A stretch of DNA of 64,000 nt from Paragordius varius (lineage: Eukaryota; Animalia; Nematomorpha), in the NCBI GenBank assembly GCA_964247055.1, contig OZ176051.1, positions 5,642,001-5,706,000 on the forward strand. The letters are read 5' to 3'. The translations under genes were made by a program, and so were the position numbers. The notes under the pieces are model-generated. The model saw only the letters and a program-made list of their open reading frames with translations. It made no database searches and was not told the DNA's origin. Shown piece by piece: positions 62,493-64,000 of the stretch (its first letter is position 1; each line of letters starts with the position of its first letter).

Positions 62493-64000
62493 ATGGACAG
62501 CGCATTAAGCTTAGATTTTCTTAAGTTTGTTATACCTATTTCCATTGTTATTGGAGTAGGAAGTGTAATATTTTTGTTTGGCTTTAAAAAAGCTGAAATT
62601 CCTCCATCTTTTGATGATATTAGCGAAGATAAAAAGGGTAAAAAGAAGAAAATAAAATTCGAGAAGGTAAATTTTTTTAATTATCCCTTTTTAGAAAAAC
62701 AAAGCTAAAACAGCGGATAATGCTAAAAAACCTGTTGCTACCAAGAAAAAGGTTGAAACGGAATCTTCAGTATGATTTTCTTTTATTTTTAGGATAAAAC
62801 GGTAAAAAAAGAGGTAACCAAGCCAAAAGATAAAAAATCGAAGGATCAAGAAAAAGTTAGCAATACAGTAACAGGTTTATAAATTTTAATTAACAATTTA
62901 GACGGTAGTTGGACAACAATTCCAACCAAGAAAGAGAAAAAACCAGTAGCCGTGGTCGGAAAACAAAATTCTTCCAACAAAATTTCACCCAGAGTATTTA
63001 TAATTTTTTTAAGTGTTTTAATATTTTAAATATAAAAAATACATTTTTGATTTTTAGGATATGTCTGTAGCCAGTAGTATAACATCTAGCGTTCCAATCG
63101 TTTCCAAGCCTCAACAAATTGTAAATCCGACCCTTATTAACCCTACAACAATCCATCACCATAATATGAAGTATGTCTCTTGCACTATAATGTTTTGCAT
63201 ACATTAATTAATAAAATATTATAAAATATCCAATAATGGAAAGGTTTATTTAGCTCAGGAATACCTATTGTAACACTTCTATATTAGGGGGGAGGGGCGT
63301 GGAAAAATTTAGGGATGTAAAAAATAATCTTTATATGCAAGTTAATAACATATGGCACAAACTTAAGGGGTGCAATAAAAAGATTTGCTAGTAATTATTA
63401 AGCCTTTTTTCTTATAACAAACCTACATATCTCGTAATGTAATCTTTTGTCGCAAAAAATTATTTGTAAAAATTAAAACATGATTATTAATTGAAAATGC
63501 CAAAATGGGTATAAATTTAAATAATAATATAGCGGTGAAATAAATGAATTTTGGATTTAACATTACTTGTCTGCCCATTTTTTTGCTTTTGTTTTTTATC
63601 TATTTAAAAAAATTTACAAAGCCACATAATTTAATTCTCGTTTTTTTGGTTCTAATTATATACTATTTGATGAAGGCATGGTCATAAAGTAGTTAGGCAT
63701 CCTTCTTATGCTCTTTCAAATCCTAAATTGCACAATTTTTTGAATTATTGTTAACCGGGGTAGACACAAGTTTAAAAAGTCCTGATTATTTAAAATGAGT
63801 AAAGAGAATATTTTTTCCGTTTTAAGCATGAACACAAGCAATGCGAATCCTGCTACAAGACGCTTAGGTTATGACGATGATGATACAATGAGCCCAACTG
63901 CTCTCATGATGATGGAACTTGAAAGACATCAAAGAAAAGCCGCCGCCGCCGCTGCTGCTAATAACGATTCTTTCAACCATGAAATGGCCAATAATGGTGG
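62493..64000 (+). CDS. N-terminally anchored Lys-rich membrane protein (possibly LYRIC/metadherin-like); incomplete at window edge
   Basis: Exons 62493-62666, 62695-62769, 62793-62874, 62902-62993, 63058-63170, 63827 to >64000, phases consistent. TM FVIPISIVIGVGSVIFLFGF, then KKAEIPPSF, a KKK-rich region, DGSWTTIPTKKEKK and a poly-Ala tract. The family name is a weak inference. Confidence 0.75.

Noticed and set aside
1-64000. tRNA, rRNA, snRNA genes, CRISPR arrays, or prokaryotic/viral operon-like systems
   Set aside because: None recognised by eye. The window is spliced eukaryotic DNA; tRNAscan-SE and Infernal would be needed to exclude small RNAs.

Overview
Very AT-rich eukaryotic (animal) genomic DNA. 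I could not determine the organism. I reconstructed eight spliced protein-coding genes by hand, using GT-AG boundaries, exon phase and similarity to remembered family sequences: CHID1 (+), a DP/TFDP transcription factor (+), SLC38A11 (-), a secreted histidine acid phosphatase (-), an LHFPL-family tetraspan (+), a short PCDH15/Cad99C-related cadherin (-), YIPF5 (-), and an N-anchored Lys-rich protein that runs off the right edge (+). Intergenic DNA and long introns are filled with decayed transposons: Buster-type hATs with intact TSDs, RTE LINEs, a mariner, and several non-autonomous inverted-repeat families. Three observations stand out. (1) There are 18 GT-AG micro-introns of only 22-30 nt, clustered in the 5' part of the five housekeeping-type genes, while downstream introns of the same genes reach 0.5-3.6 kb. 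(2) An LHFPL-like gene lies tail-to-tail with a PCDH15-like cadherin; these are the two families that form the vertebrate hair-cell tip-link complex. (3) Two head-to-head genes have start codons only 85 nt apart. All models are manual; no database search was run.
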